A DNA stretch of 64,000 bases from Pristiophorus japonicus (taxonomy: Eukaryota). The stretch is taken from contig NW_027254382.1 in NCBI RefSeq assembly GCF_044704955.1, forward strand, positions 124,001 through 188,000, in the 5' to 3' direction. The notes beneath the pieces were generated by a model, which had not been told where the DNA came from, searched no databases, and saw only the letters and a list, made by a program, of their open reading frames with translations. The translations under genes were made by a program, and so were the position numbers. Position 1 is the stretch's first letter. Every line of letters begins with the position of its first letter. Below, piece after piece: positions 1-12,061 of the stretch.

Positions 1-485
1 TTTCTCACCGTGTCCAGTTCTGTTCGAATGGGATTCTCTCAATCTCTCTGTCTGACTGTCTCACTCTTTCCCATCATCTCTGTCTGTCTATGTTTCTGCC
101 TGTCTGTCTCTCTTTGGCTGTCGCTGGTAGTTCCTGTCTCTAACCTGCTGAGTATTTCCATCATTTTCTGTTTATATCTTTGTCTCTCTCTCTATCTGTC
201 GCTCTCTCTCTATCTGTCTCTCACCTTGTCACTGTCTTTATCACTGTCTTTCTCTCACTCTTTCCCTCTCTCTTTTTATAGATCACACACACGCATCTCT
301 CGTTATATTAAGGTGTTTGAGTCTTTTTCTCGCTGACTCTGACTGACTTTTCAGTCTCACGCTTTCTGTCTCTCGTTGTCTCTCTCTCGCTGTCTGCCTA
401 TCCCTGTTTATCGGTTTGTCTCTGTCGAGCAATGTTTCTGTCGACTTCGGTTCACAGCTAGATTACTGCTCGGATGCAACCCGTT

Positions 486-556
486 CTCTCGTCCGTGTCG
501 TGCCGATTATGCCCCCCTTTTCCGCGGGAGAACCAGGTTCAATTCCCCGACGGAAA
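486..556 (+). pseudogene. tRNA-Asp-derived pseudogene (heavily decayed)
   Basis: CGCGGGAGAACCAGGTTCAATTCCCCGACGG matches the 3' half of tRNA-Asp; same position in the unit as the intact copies; anticodon arm destroyed. Confidence 0.7.
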
Positions 557-773
557 AGCAGCTTTTTCTAAATGTCGAATTTTACTTCTGTTTCGTGGTA
601 TAGATTTTATTAAAAAGTTCCACAGCAATATAGAACAGTAAAAATACAGCAAGAGGAGATTGCCTCTTACAGATCTTTTGCAAACGGAGACTTTTTCAGG
701 ATTCTGTGGCCGTCTGTTGCAGAGATGGATGACTGAGTTTTTTCTGAGTAACATTTAAAGGGCCAGAGAAGCA

Positions 774-855
774 GTAGTTGTTGCCGAGTGGTTAAAGCGA
801 TGGTCCAGAAATCTTTTCGGTTTTCTGCGTGTAGTTTCGAATCCTGCCGACTACA
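774..855 (+). pseudogene. tRNA-Ser(AGA) pseudogene
   Basis: GTAGTTGTTGCCGAGTGGTTAAAGCGATGG...TTCGAATCCTGCCGACTAC; many stem mismatches. Confidence 0.85.
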
Positions 856-1371
856 ATTCACAGCATTTTTCATTCCATTTTACAATTTAACCAGGTTTTT
901 GCAAAACGGATCCTGAGATCGGCAGAATAGCGTCCCACACATTTCAACACTGACATCAATTTCTCATTTTTATTCATCTGCAATATTCATGATTCATACG
1001 GATAGAAAAACGCAAAAATTAGCCAAAGTAGCGACAGTGATTTAGTCTGTCTATCCGTCTATATGTCAAAATCATGTCTGTTGGTGCATGTATATTTTTG
1101 GTTATGTGTGTGGGTGTGTGTGTCTCTGAGTCTTTCTATCTGTATATATGTCTCTGTGTATGTGCAACTGTCTGTGGAAATCATCACCATGAATTTGGTA
1201 TGTGCTGGAACATTTTTAAAAAGACTTGGGGAAAATAATACGGTTGTGAACTTTGGTATCGGCTTTGGTTCAGTGGCAGTTTCCTCGACTGAAAAACGCA
1301 AAAGACAGCCAAAGTTGCGACAGTGACCCTGCCTGTCTATCCATCTACTTGTCTAAGGCAATCTTTGTATA

Positions 1372-2092
1372 TCTTGATCTGGGTGCCATGGTACATCAGT
1401 CATTGATTGTTGGTATGCAGGTGCAGCAGATGGTGAAGAAGGCAAATGGCATGTTCCCCTTCATAGCTAGGGGATTTGAGTATAGGAGCAGGGGATCTTA
1501 CTGCATTTGTACAGGGCCTCCGTGAGGCCACAACTGGAATACTGTGTTCAGTTTTGGTCTCCGAATCTGAGGAAGGACGTCCTTGTTATTGAGGGAGTAC
1601 AGCGTAAGTTCACCAGCATGATTCCCGGGATGGCAGGACTGACATATGAGGAGAGACTGGATGAACTGGGCTGGTATCCACTGGAGTTTAGCAGACTGAG
1701 AGGAGATCAGAAGAAACATGAAAAATTATGACGAGATTGGACAGCTTAGAGGCTGGAAGAATCTTCTCGGTGCTGGGGAGTTCGAGACCAAGGATCACAG
1801 TCTAAGAGTAAGGGGTAAGCCATTTAGAAACCGAGATGAAGAGAAACGTCTTCACTCAGAGAGTGGATAACCTCTGAAATTTTCCACTGCAGAAAGTCGT
1901 TGAGGCCAGTTCATTAGATATATTCAAAAGGGAGTTAGGTATTGCCCTTACGGCTAAAGGGATGAAGGGGTATAGAGAGGAAGCAGGAAAGGGGTACTGA
2001 GGTTGAATGATCAGCCATGATGTTATTGAATGGTAGTGCAGGCTCGAAGGGCCGAATGGCATATTCCTGCACCTAATTTCTATGTTTCTATG
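1372..2092 (+). mobile_element. 5'-truncated CR1 LINE (RT C-terminus and 3' UTR) inside the array unit
   Basis: [18 protein letters not shown] / EERLDELG CR1 ORF2 motifs; tail TTTCTATGTTTCTATG. Confidence 0.92.
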
Positions 2093-2260
2093 TTGATGCG
2101 TGTATATTTTTGGTTATTGTGTGTGCGTGTGTCTGTGTATGTCTATCTGTATGTATGTCTCTGTGTATGTCCAACTGTCTGTGGAAATCATCACCATGAA
2201 TTTGGTACGATCTGGAACTTTTTAAAAAACTTGGGGAAAATAATACAGTTGTGAACGTTG

Positions 2261-2511
2261 GTATCGGTTTTGGTTCAGTGGTTCCACTCTCGACTGAATC
2301 AGGAGGTTGTGTGTGTAAGTCCCACTCCTGAGACTTGAACCCATAATCTTGGCTGACACTCAAATGCAGTACTTGGGGAATGTTGCATTGTTGAAGCTGT
2401 TGACCATCGGCTGAAATTTTCAATTGAAGCTCCATCTGCCCCCTCGGGTGGATGTGCAAGTTCCCAGAGCCTTAGTCGAAAAATAATAGGAGAGTTGCGC
2501 CCGTGTCAATG
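2261..2511 (+). mobile_element. Truncated Deu-domain SINE (tRNA-like head and part of the core) fixed in the array unit; also about 5607-5857, 8943-9178, 11214-11454, 17366-17613
   Basis: Aligns by eye with the full SINE at 35771-36203 (TGGTTCAGTGG A box; GGCTGACAC..TGCAGTACT..CGGATGA..CCGTCTGC..GGTGGA core). Confidence 0.72.
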
Positions 2512-2610
2512 TAACGAAAAATGTTTGTAAATGCTCCCTGAAATCCGATATGTCTGGAGCTGAATCCCAGATTCTCACAGAGGCTGAGTCCAACCTCTGA
2601 CAGGATCAGG

Positions 2611-2693
2611 ACCAGGATGGCCGAGTGCTAAAGGCGTTAGACTTAAGATCTAATGGGTTTATACCCGCGTGGGTTCGAACCCCACTCCTGGTA
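2611..2693 (+). tRNA. tRNA-Leu(TAA), near-intact but conserved D-loop GG changed to GC (probable pseudogene)
   Basis: ACCAGGATGGCCGAGTGCTAAAGGCGTTAGACTTAAGATCTAATGGGTTTATACCCGCGTGGGTTCGAACCCCACTCCTGGTA; 83 nt, stems pair, B box intact. Confidence 0.85.
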
Positions 2694-3831
2694 ATTCCTT
2701 AATTAAACAGATATTTTTCCCATCCTGCTCAGTGATACCCAATTTTCATCTGCTGAATCTCTCGTTTTCTGTAACTATGTGACACTCTGAGCAGATAATG
2801 AAATGAAATTGTGAAATGTCTCTGCCGCTCTCTCTCTTTCGAGAGCTGTGCATGTGTTTGTGTGTTTGAGTCTTTGTCTCTCTCTGACCCACTCTGTCTG
2901 TCGCTGTCTCTCAATCTGTCTCTTTCTCACGGTGTCTAGTACTGTTGCAATGGGATTCTCTCAGACTCTCTGTCTGACTGTCTCTCTGTGTCTCATTATC
3001 TCTGTCTGTCCATGTCTTTGCCTTTCTCTGTTAGTCCCTGTCTCTAACCTGATAAGTATTTCCATTATTTTCTGTGTTTGTCTCTATGTCTCTCTCTCTC
3101 TATCTGTCTTTCTCTCTATCTGTCGCCCTCTTTTTCACTCTCATTGTCCCTGTCATTTTCTCTGTCATTCCATCACTATTTGCCCCCCCTCTCTTTTTGG
3201 AGCACGCAAATACATCTCTGTGTATGTAGGTGTTTGAGTCTTTTTCTCATTCAGTCTGATCCTCCCTTTCAGTCTCAAACTTTCTGTCTCTCTTTGTCTC
3301 TATCTCGCTGTCTGTCTCTCCCTGTTTCCCTGTTTGTCTCTGGTTCTGAATCTGTCTGTCTCTTTCTCACGGTGTCCAGTTCTGTTCGAAAGGGATTCAC
3401 TCAGTCTCTCTGTCTGACTGTCTCACTCTTTCCCATCATCTCTGTCTGTCTATGTTTCTGCCTATCTGTCTCTCTTTGCCTGTCGCTGGTCGTTGCTACC
3501 TCTAACCTGCTGAGTATTTCCATCATTTTCTGTTTATATCTGTCTCTCTCTCTATCTGTCGCACTCTCTCTATCTGTCTCTCTCCTTGTCACTGTCTTTC
3601 TCTCACTCTTTCCCTCTCTCTCTTTATAGATCACACACACATCTCTGTATATGTAGGTGTTTGAGTCTTTTTCTCACTGAGTCTGCCTCACTTTTCAGTC
3701 TCACCCTTTCTGTCTCGCGTTGTCTCTCTCTCTCGCTGTCTGTCGATCTCTGTTTGCCGGTTTGTCTCTGTCGATCAATGTGTCTGTCGACTTCTGTTGA
3801 CAGCTCGATTACTGCTCTAACGCTACCCATA

Positions 3832-3903
3832 TCCTCGTCCGTATAGTGGTGATTTTCCCCACTTGTTATGCGGGAGAACCGGGTTCCATTTCCCGACGGC
3901 GCA
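3832..3903 (+). pseudogene. tRNA-Asp pseudogene (anticodon reads GTT)
   Basis: TCCTCGTCCGTATAGTGGTGA...GGGTTCCATTTCCCGACGG; A/B box and stem mutations. Confidence 0.85.
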
Positions 3904-4120
3904 GCAGTTTTTTCAAAATGTCGAATTTTACTTCTGTTTCTTGGTATAGATTTTATTAAAAAGATCCAGAGCAATATAGAACAGTAAAAATACAGCAAGA
4001 GGAGATTGCCTCTTCAGATTTTTTGCAAACGGAGACTTTTTCAGGATTCTGTGGCCGTCTGCTGCACAGAGATGGACGACTGAGTTTTTTCTGAGTAACA
4101 TTTAAAGTGCCAGAGACGCA

Positions 4121-4202
4121 GTAATTGTGGCCGAATGGTTAAAGCGATGGACTAGAAATACTTTGGGTTTTCTGCGCGTAGGTTAGAATCCTGCCGACTA
4201 CG
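4121..4202 (+). pseudogene. tRNA-Ser(AGA) pseudogene
   Basis: Ser-AGA body with B box GGTTAGAATCC and stem mismatches. Confidence 0.85.
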
Positions 4203-4717
4203 ATTCTCAGCATTTTTCATTCCATTTTACAATTTAACCAGGTTTTGGCAAAAATGATCCGGAGATAGATGGAATAACGTCCCACACCTTTCAACACTGA
4301 CATTTTTTTCACATTTCTATTAGTCTGCAATATTCACGATACATACGGATAGAAAAATGCAAATATCACCCAATGTAGTGACTCAGCCTGTCTATCCTTC
4401 GATATGTCTAAGGCATCTGTGCATGTCAGTTGGTGCATGTATATTTTTGGTTATGTGTGTGTGTGTTTGTGTCTGTGTCTGTCTATCTGTATATATGTCT
4501 CTGTGTATGTGCAACTGTCTGTGGAAATCATCACCATGAATTTGGTATGTCCTGAAACTTGTTCAAAAGACTTGGAGAAAATAATACGTTGTGAACTTTT
4601 GTATCGGCTCTGGTTCAGTGGCAGCATTCTCGACGGAAAAACGCAAAGGCCAGCCAAAGTAGCGACAGTGACCCTGCCTGTCTATCCATCTACTTGTCTA
4701 TGGCAATCTTTGTATAT

Positions 4718-5438
4718 CTTGATCTGGGTGCCATGGTACATCAGTCATTGATTGTTGGTATGCAGGTGCAGCAGATGGTGAAGAAGGCAAATGGCATGTT
4801 CCCCTTCATAGCTAGGGGATTTGAGTATAGGAGCAGGGAGATCTTACTGCATTTGTACAGGGCCTCCGTGAGGCCACAACTGGAATACTGTGTTCAGTTT
4901 TGGTCTCCGAATCTGAGGAAGGACGTTCTTGTTATTGAGGGAGTACAGCGTAAGTTCACCAGCATGATTCCCGGGATGGCATGACTGACATATGAGGAGA
5001 GACTGGATGAACTGGGCTGGTATCCACTGGAGTTTAGAAGAATGAGAGGAGATCAGAAGAAACATGAAAAATTATGACGAGATTGGACAGCTTAGAGGCT
5101 GGAAGAATGTTCTCGCTGCTGGGGAGTTCGAGACCAAGGATCACAGTCTAAGAGTAAGGGGTAAGCCATTTAGAAACCGAGATGAAGAGAAACGTCTTCA
5201 CTCAGAGAGTGGATAACCAGTGAAAATTTCCATTGCAGAAAGTCGTTGAGGCCAGTTCATTAGATATATTCAAAAGGGAGTTAGGTATTGCCCTTACGGC
5301 TAAAGGGATGAAGGGGTATAGAGAGGAAGCAGGAAAGGGGTACTGAGGTTGAATGATCAGCCATGATGTTATTGAATGGTAGTGCAGGCTCGAAGGGCCG
5401 AATGGCATATTCCTGCACCTAATTTCTATGTTTCTATG
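4718..5438 (+). mobile_element. CR1 3' fragment (duplicate of 1372-2092)
   Basis: Near-identical at +3346; ORF 4694-4984 is CR1 RT C-terminal sequence. Confidence 0.92.
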
Positions 5439-5956
5439 TTGAAGCGTGTATATTTTTGGTTATTGTGTGTGCGTGTGTCTGTGCATGTCTATCTGTATGT
5501 ATGTCTCTGTGTATGTCCAACTGTCTGTGGAAATAATCACCATGAATTTGGTACGATCTGGAACTTTTTAAAAAACTTGGGGAAAATAATACAGTTGTGA
5601 ACGTTGGTATCGGTTTTGGTTCAGTGGTTCCACTCTCGACTGAATCAGGAGGTTGTGTGTGTAAGTCCCACTCCTGAGACTTGAACCCATAATCTTGGCT
5701 GACACTCAAATGCAGTACTTGGGGAATGTTGCATTGTTGAAGCTGTTGACCATCGGCTGAAATTTTCAATTGAAGCTCCATCTGCCCCCTCGGGTGGATG
5801 TGCAAGTTCCCAGAGCCTTAGTCGAAAAATAATAGGAGAGTTGCGCCCGTGTCAATGTAACGAAAAATGTTTGTAAATGCTCCCTGAAATCCGATATGTC
5901 TGGAGCTGAATCCCAGATTCTCACAGAGGCTGAGTCCAACCTCTGACAGGATCAGG

Positions 5957-6039
5957 ACCAGGACGACCGAGTGGTAAAGGCGTTAGACTTAAGATCTAAT
6001 GGGTTTATACCCGCGTGGGTTCGAACCCCACTCCTGGTA
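5957..6039 (+). tRNA. tRNA-Leu(TAA), T8>C and G10>A A-box lesions (probable pseudogene)
   Basis: ACCAGGACGACCGAGTGGTAAAGGCG...; remainder identical to the 2611 copy. Confidence 0.83.
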
Positions 6040-7177
6040 ATTCCTTAATTAAACAAATATTTTTCCCATCCTGCTCAGTGATACCCAATTTTCATCTGCT
6101 GAATCTCTCGTTTTCTGTAACTATGTGACACTCTGAGCAGATAATGAAATGAAATTGTGAAATGTCTCTGCCGCTCTCTCTCTTTCGAGAGCTGTGCATG
6201 TGTTTGTGTGTTTGAGTCTTTGTCTCTCTCTGACCCACTCTGTCTGTCGCTGTCTCTCAATCTGTCTCTTTCTCACGGTGTCTAGTACTGTTGCAATGGG
6301 ATTCTCTCAGACTCTCTGTCTGACTGTCTCTCTGTGTCTCATTATCTCTGTCTGTCCATGTCTTTGCCTTTCTCTGTTAGTCCCTGTCTCTAACCTGATA
6401 AGTATTTCCATTATTTTCTGTGTTTGTCTCTATGTCTCTCTCTCTCTATCTGTCTTTCTCTCTATCTGTCGCCCTCTTTTTCACTCTCATTGTCCCTGTC
6501 ATTTTCTCTGTCATTCCATCACTATTTGCCCCCCCTCTCCTTTTGGAGCACGCAAATACATCTCTGTGTATGTAGGTGTTTGAGTCTTTTTCTCATTCAG
6601 TCTGATCCTCCCTTTCAGTCTCAAACTTTCTGTCTCTCTTTGTCTCTATCTCGCTGTCTGTCTCTCCCTGTTTCCCTGTTTGTCTCTGGTTCTGAATCTG
6701 TCTGTCTCTTTCTCACGGTGTCCAGTTCTGTTCGAAAGGGATTCACTCAGTCTCTCTGTCTGACTGTCTCACTCTTTCCCATCATCTCTGTCTGTCTATG
6801 TTTCTGCCTATCTGTCTCTCTTTGCCTGTCGCTGGTCGTTGCTACCTCTAACCTGCTGAGTATTTCCATCATTTTCTGTTTATATCTGTCTCTCTCTCTA
6901 TCTGTCGCACTCTCTCTATCTGTCTCTCTCCTTGTCACTGTCTTTCTCTCACTCTTTCCCTCTCTCTCTTTATAGATCACACACACATCTCTGTATATGT
7001 AGGTGTTTGAGTCTTTTTCTCACTGAGTCTGCCTCACTTTTCAGTCTCACCCTTTCTGTCTCGCGTTGTCTCTCTCTCTCGCTGTCTGTCGATCTCTGTT
7101 TGCCGGTTTGTCTCTGTCGATCAATGTGTCTGTCGACTTCTGTTGACAGCTCGATTACTGCTCTAACGCAACCCATA

Positions 7178-7249
7178 TCCTCGTCCGTATAGTGGTGATT
7201 TTCCCCACTTGTTATGCGGGAGAACCGGGTTCCATTTCCCGACGGCGCA
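7178..7249 (+). pseudogene. tRNA-Asp pseudogene
   Basis: Duplicate of 3832-3903. Confidence 0.85.
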
Positions 7250-7466
7250 GCAGTTTTTTCAAAATGTCGAATTTTACTTCTGTTTCTTGGTATAGATTTT
7301 ATTAAAAAGATCCAGAGCAATATAGAACAGTAAAAATACAGCAAGAGGAGATTGCCTCTTCAGATTTTTTGCAAACGGAGACTTTTTCAGGATTCTGTGG
7401 CCGTCTGCTGCACAGAGATGGACGACTGAGTTTTTTCTGAGTAACATTTAAAGTGCCAGAGACGCA

Positions 7467-7548
7467 GTAATTGTGGCCGAATGGTTAAAGCGATGGACTA
7501 GAAATACTTTGGGTTTTCTGCGCGTAGGTTAGAATCCTGCCGACTACG
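7467..7548 (+). pseudogene. tRNA-Ser(AGA) pseudogene
   Basis: Duplicate of 4121-4202. Confidence 0.85.
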
Positions 7549-8062
7549 ATTCTCAGCATTTTTCATTCCATTTTACAATTTAACCAGGTTTTGGCAAAAA
7601 TGATCCGAAGATAGATGGAATAACGTCGCACACCTTTCAACACTGACATTTTTTTCACATTTCTATTAGTCTGCAATATTCACGATACATACGGATAGAA
7701 AAATGCAAATATCACCCAATGTAGTGACTCAGCCTGTCTATCCTTCGATATGTCTAAGGCATCTGTGCATGTCAGTTGGTGCATGTATATTTTTGGTTAT
7801 GTGTGTGTGTGTTTGTGTCTGTGTCTGTCTATCTGTATATATGTCTCTGTGTATGTGCAACTGTCTGTGGAAATCATCACCATGAATTTGGTATGTCCTG
7901 AAACTTGTTCAAAAGACTTGGAGAAAATAATACGTTGTGAACTTTTGTATCGGCTCTGGTTCAGTGGCAGCATTCTCGACGGAAAAACGCAAAGGCCAGC
8001 CAAAGTAGCGACAGTGACCCTGCCTGTCTATCTGTCTACTTGTCTAAGGCACTCTGTGTATA

Positions 8063-8772
8063 TCTTGATCTGGGTGTCATGCTACATCTGTCATTGAAAG
8101 TGGGCATGCAAGTGCAACAGGCGGTGAAGAAGGCAAATGGCATGTTCGCCTTCATAGCTACGGGATTTGAATATAGGAGCAGGGAAGTCTTCCTGCAGTT
8201 GTACACGTTAAATATTTTGTTAGTTTTGGTCTCCAAATCTGAGGAAGGACGTCCTTGCTATTAATGGAGCGCAGCGAATGTTCACCAGCTTGATTCCAGG
8301 GATGGCAGGACTGACATATTAGGATAGACTGGATCAACTCTGCTGGTATCCACTGGAGTTTAGAAGAATGAGAGGGGATCTCATAGAAACATATAAAATT
8401 CTGACGAGATTGGACAAGTGAGAGGCAGGAAGAATGTTTCTGTTGCTGGGGAGTTCGAGAACTAGGGGTCACAGTCTAAGAATAAGCGGTAAGCCATTTA
8501 GAACCAAGGTGAGGAGAAACAGCTTCATTCAGAGAGTGGTTAACCTGTGGAATTCTCTACCACAGAAAGTTGTTGAAGCCAGTTCGTTAGATATATTGAA
8601 GAGTGAGTCAGATATGGCCCTTACGGCTCAAGGGATCAAGGGATATGGAGAGAAAGGAGGATATAGGTACTGAGGTTGAAAGATCAGCCATGATCTTATT
8701 GAATGGTGGTGCAGGCTCGAAGGGCCAACGGCTTACTCCTGCAACTAATTTATATGTTTCTATGATTCTATG
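8063..8772 (+). mobile_element. CR1 3' fragment at the same unit position, more diverged
   Basis: Same 5' junction (TATCTTGATCTGGGTG) and same tail as the 1372 copy; SRTRGHSLRI and RVVNLWNSLP motifs. Confidence 0.92.
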
Positions 8773-9287
8773 TTAATGCGTGTATATTTTTGGTTATTTT
8801 ATGTGTGTGTGTGTCTGTGTATGTCTATCTGTATCTATGTCTCTGTGTATGTGCAACTCTCTATGGAAATCATCACCAAGAATTTGGTATGTCCTGGAAC
8901 ATTTTAAAAAACTTGGGGAAAATAATACGGTTGTGATCTTTGGTATCGGCTTTGTTTCAGTGGCTCCATTCAAAAGGTCGTGTGTGTAAGTCCCTCTCCT
9001 GAGACTTGAGCGCATCATCTTGGCTGACACTCAAATGCAGTACTTAGGGAATTTTGCATTGTTGAGGCTGTTTACCATCGGATGAAATGTAAAATTGAAG
9101 CTCCGTCTGCACCCTCGGATGGCTGTGAAAGGTCCCAGAGCTCGAAAAAGAATAGGAGAGTTGCCCCCGTGTCAATATCACGAAAAATGTTCGGAAATGC
9201 TCCCTTACACCCTCTGTGTATGTGTGTTTCTGTGGGGGTGGAGTTGAAGCCCAAATTCTGACAGAGACAAAGCCCGTTTCTGCCAGG

Positions 9288-9370
9288 CCCAGGATGGCCG
9301 AGTGGTTAAGGTGTTGGACTTAAAATCCAATGGATTTCTAATTGCGCCGGTTCGAACCCCACAACTGGTA
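9288..9370 (+). pseudogene. tRNA-Leu(TAA) pseudogene
   Basis: CCCAGGATGGCCGAGTGGTTAAGGTGTTGGACTTAAAATCCAA...; variable arm and T stem disrupted. Confidence 0.85.
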
Positions 9371-9697
9371 ATTATTTAATTAAACAGAGATTATTTCCCA
9401 TGCTGCTCAGTGTTACCCGATTTACCTCTGTTGCATGTGCATGTTTCGGTGACACTCTGAGCAGATAATGAAATGTATCTGCGTCGCTCAGTCTCCACCT
9501 CTCTCTTTCGAAAGCTGTGTCTGTGTTTGAGTCTTCGTCGCTCGAAGTCTGCCTCTGTCTCGTTCTCACTGTGTCCAATTCTGTTCAAAAGGGATTCTCT
9601 CAGACTCGCTGTCTGACCGTCTCTCTCTTTACCTGTCTGTGTTTGTCCCTGTCTCTCACCTGATGAGTCATTCCATCATTTTCTGTTTTTATTTCTA

Positions 9698-9732
<35 letters not shown>

Positions 9733-10467
9733 ATCTGTCTTTCTCTATATCTGTCTCCCTCTTTGTCTCTGTCTTTTTCTTGTCATTCCATCACTATTTG
9801 CCTCCCTCTCTTTATGGAGCACGCAAACACATCTCTGTGTATGTAAGTATTTGAGTCTTTGTCTCACTCAGTCTGACCCTCCCTCTCAGTCTAAAACTTT
9901 CTGTCTATCTCTGTCTCTATCTCGCTGTCTGTCTCTCCCTGTTTCCCTGTTTGTCTCTGTCTCTCAATATGTCTGTCTCTTTCTCACGGTGTCCAGTTCT
10001 GTTCGAATGGGATTCTCTCAATCTCTCTGTCTGACTGTCTCTCTCTTTCCCATCATCTCTGTCTGTCTATGCCTCTGCCTGTCTGTATCTCTTTGCCTGA
10101 GGCTGTTAGTTCCTGTCTCTAACCTGCTGAGTATTTCCATCATTGTCTGTTTATATCTTTGTCTCTCTCTCTATCTGTCGCTCTCTCTCTATCTGTCTCT
10201 GTCCTTGTCACTGTCATTAACACTGTCTTTGTCTCACTCTTTCCCTCTCTCTCTTTATAGAGCACACACATATCTCTGTATATGTATGTGTTTGAGATTT
10301 TTTCTCACTGCGTCTGCCTCTCCTTCTGAGTCTCACACTTTCTGTCTCTCGTTCTCTCTATCTGTCTCTCCCTGTTTGTCGGTTTGTCTCTGTCTCTCAA
10401 TGTGTCTCGCTACTTCTCATGGAGTCCAGTTCTCTTCACAGTTCGATTCCTGCTTTGACTAAACCCA

Positions 10468-10539
10468 CATTCGTTGGTACAGTGCTTAGTATCCCGGCCT
10501 ATTATGCAGAAGACAGGGTTTCAATTCTCCAACGGGCAG
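10468..10539 (+). pseudogene. tRNA-Asp pseudogene
   Basis: TCGTTGGTACAGTGCTTAGTATCCCGGCCT...TTCAATTCTCCAACGGG; expected unit position. Confidence 0.75.
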
Positions 10540-10726
10540 GAAGCTTTTTCAAAATGTAGGATTTTACTTCTGTTTCTTGGGAGAGATTCATGTTAAAAAG
10601 TTCCAGTGCAATGCAGAATAGTAAAAATATAGGAAGAGGAGATTTTTTCAGAATTCTGTGTCATCTGCTGCAGAGAGGTGGATGATTGAGTTTTATCTGA
10701 GTAACATTTAAAGAACTAATGAGTCA

Positions 10727-10808
10727 GTAGTCGTGGCCAAGAGGTTACAGCGATAAACTAGAAAATCCATCGTATTTTTCCGCTGAAGGTCGAAACCTGC
10801 CGACTACG
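10727..10808 (+). pseudogene. tRNA-Ser(AGA) pseudogene
   Basis: GTAGTCGTGGCC...CCTGCCGACTACG ends intact; interior decayed. Confidence 0.82.
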
Positions 10809-11561
10809 ATTCTCAGCATTTTTCATTCCATTTCACAATTTAACCAGGTCTCTGCAAAACTCATCCTAAGATAGATGGAATAACGTCCCACACCTTTCAA
10901 AACTGTCATTTTTTAAATAATTTTATTAAACTGCAATATTCACGATACTTTCGTGTAGAAAAACGCAAAAATCAGCCAAAGTTGCGACAGTGATTCAGCC
11001 TGGCTATCCCTCTCGATGTCTAAGACATCTGTCCTTGTCCGTTGTTGCGAGTATATTTTTGCTTATGTGTGTGTTTGTCTGTGTCTGTCTATCTGTATAT
11101 ATATATATATATCTGTGTATGTGCAACTGTCTGTATAAATCATCACCATTAATTTGGTATGTCATGGAACTTCTTAAAAAGATTTGATGAAAATAATAGG
11201 GTTGTGAACTTTGGTATCGGCTTTGGTTCAGTGGCGGTATTCTCGACTGAATCAGGAGTTTGTGTGTTTCAGTCCCACTCCTGAGACTTGAGCAGATAAT
11301 CTTGGCAGACACTTAAGTGCAGTACTTGGGGAATTTTGCATTGTTGAAGCTGTTGACTTTCGGAAGATATTTTAAATTAAAGCTCCGTCTGCACCCTCGG
11401 GTGGATCACAGCATTACTCGAAAAAGAATAGGAGAGTTGCCCCCGTGTCAATATTACTAAAAATATTCCAAAATGCTCAATGAAACCCGGTGTGTTTGTG
11501 TGTCTGTGAGGTGGAGTTGAAGCCCAGATTCTCACAGAGACAGAATCGAATCACTGGAAGG

Positions 11562-11643
11562 ACCAGGCTGGCCGAGTGGTTAAGGCGTTGGCCTTAAAAT
11601 TCAATGGGATTTTCCCACGAGAGTTCGGTCCCCACTCCTCGAA
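11562..11643 (+). pseudogene. tRNA-Leu(TAA) pseudogene
   Basis: ACCAGGCTGGCCGAGTGGTTAAGGCGTTGG...; B box decayed. Confidence 0.82.
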
Positions 11644-12061
11644 TCTCTTTAATGTATCACTGATTTTGCCCCATGCTGATCAGTGATACCTGCGTTTCAT
11701 CTGCAGAATCAACAATTTTCTGTTGCTCTGTGACATTCTGAGCCGATCATGAAATGAAATTGTGAAATGTATCTGTGTATCTCAGTCTCTGCCTTTCTGT
11801 CTTTGGAGAACTGTGCATGTGTTTGTGTGCTTGAGTCTGAGTCTGCCTCTCCCTGACTCACTCTGTTTGTGCCTGTTTTTCTGTTTGTCTCTGTCTCTCA
11901 ATCTGTCTCTTTCTCACGGTGCCCACGTCTGTTCCAATAGGATTCTCTCAGATTCTATGTCTGACTGTCTCTCTCTTTCCCATCATCTCTGCCCATGTCT
12001 TTGCCTGTCTCACTTTGTCCCTGTCTCTAACCTGATGAGTATTTTCATCATTTTCATTTTT

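Larger units (their letters stand above)
1320..8030 (+). repeat. Recent near-identical 3346-bp tandem duplication (about 1320-4666 / 4667-8030)
   Basis: Sequence and ORFs recur at +3346 (2088/5434, 3078/6424, 4357/7703) with only scattered substitutions. Confidence 0.93.

Noticed and set aside
10-10462. Many Ser/Leu/Cys-rich and Arg/Glu-rich ORFs (e.g. 3078-3629, 9851-10462)
   Set aside because: Products of the low-complexity CT/GA-rich array spacer.
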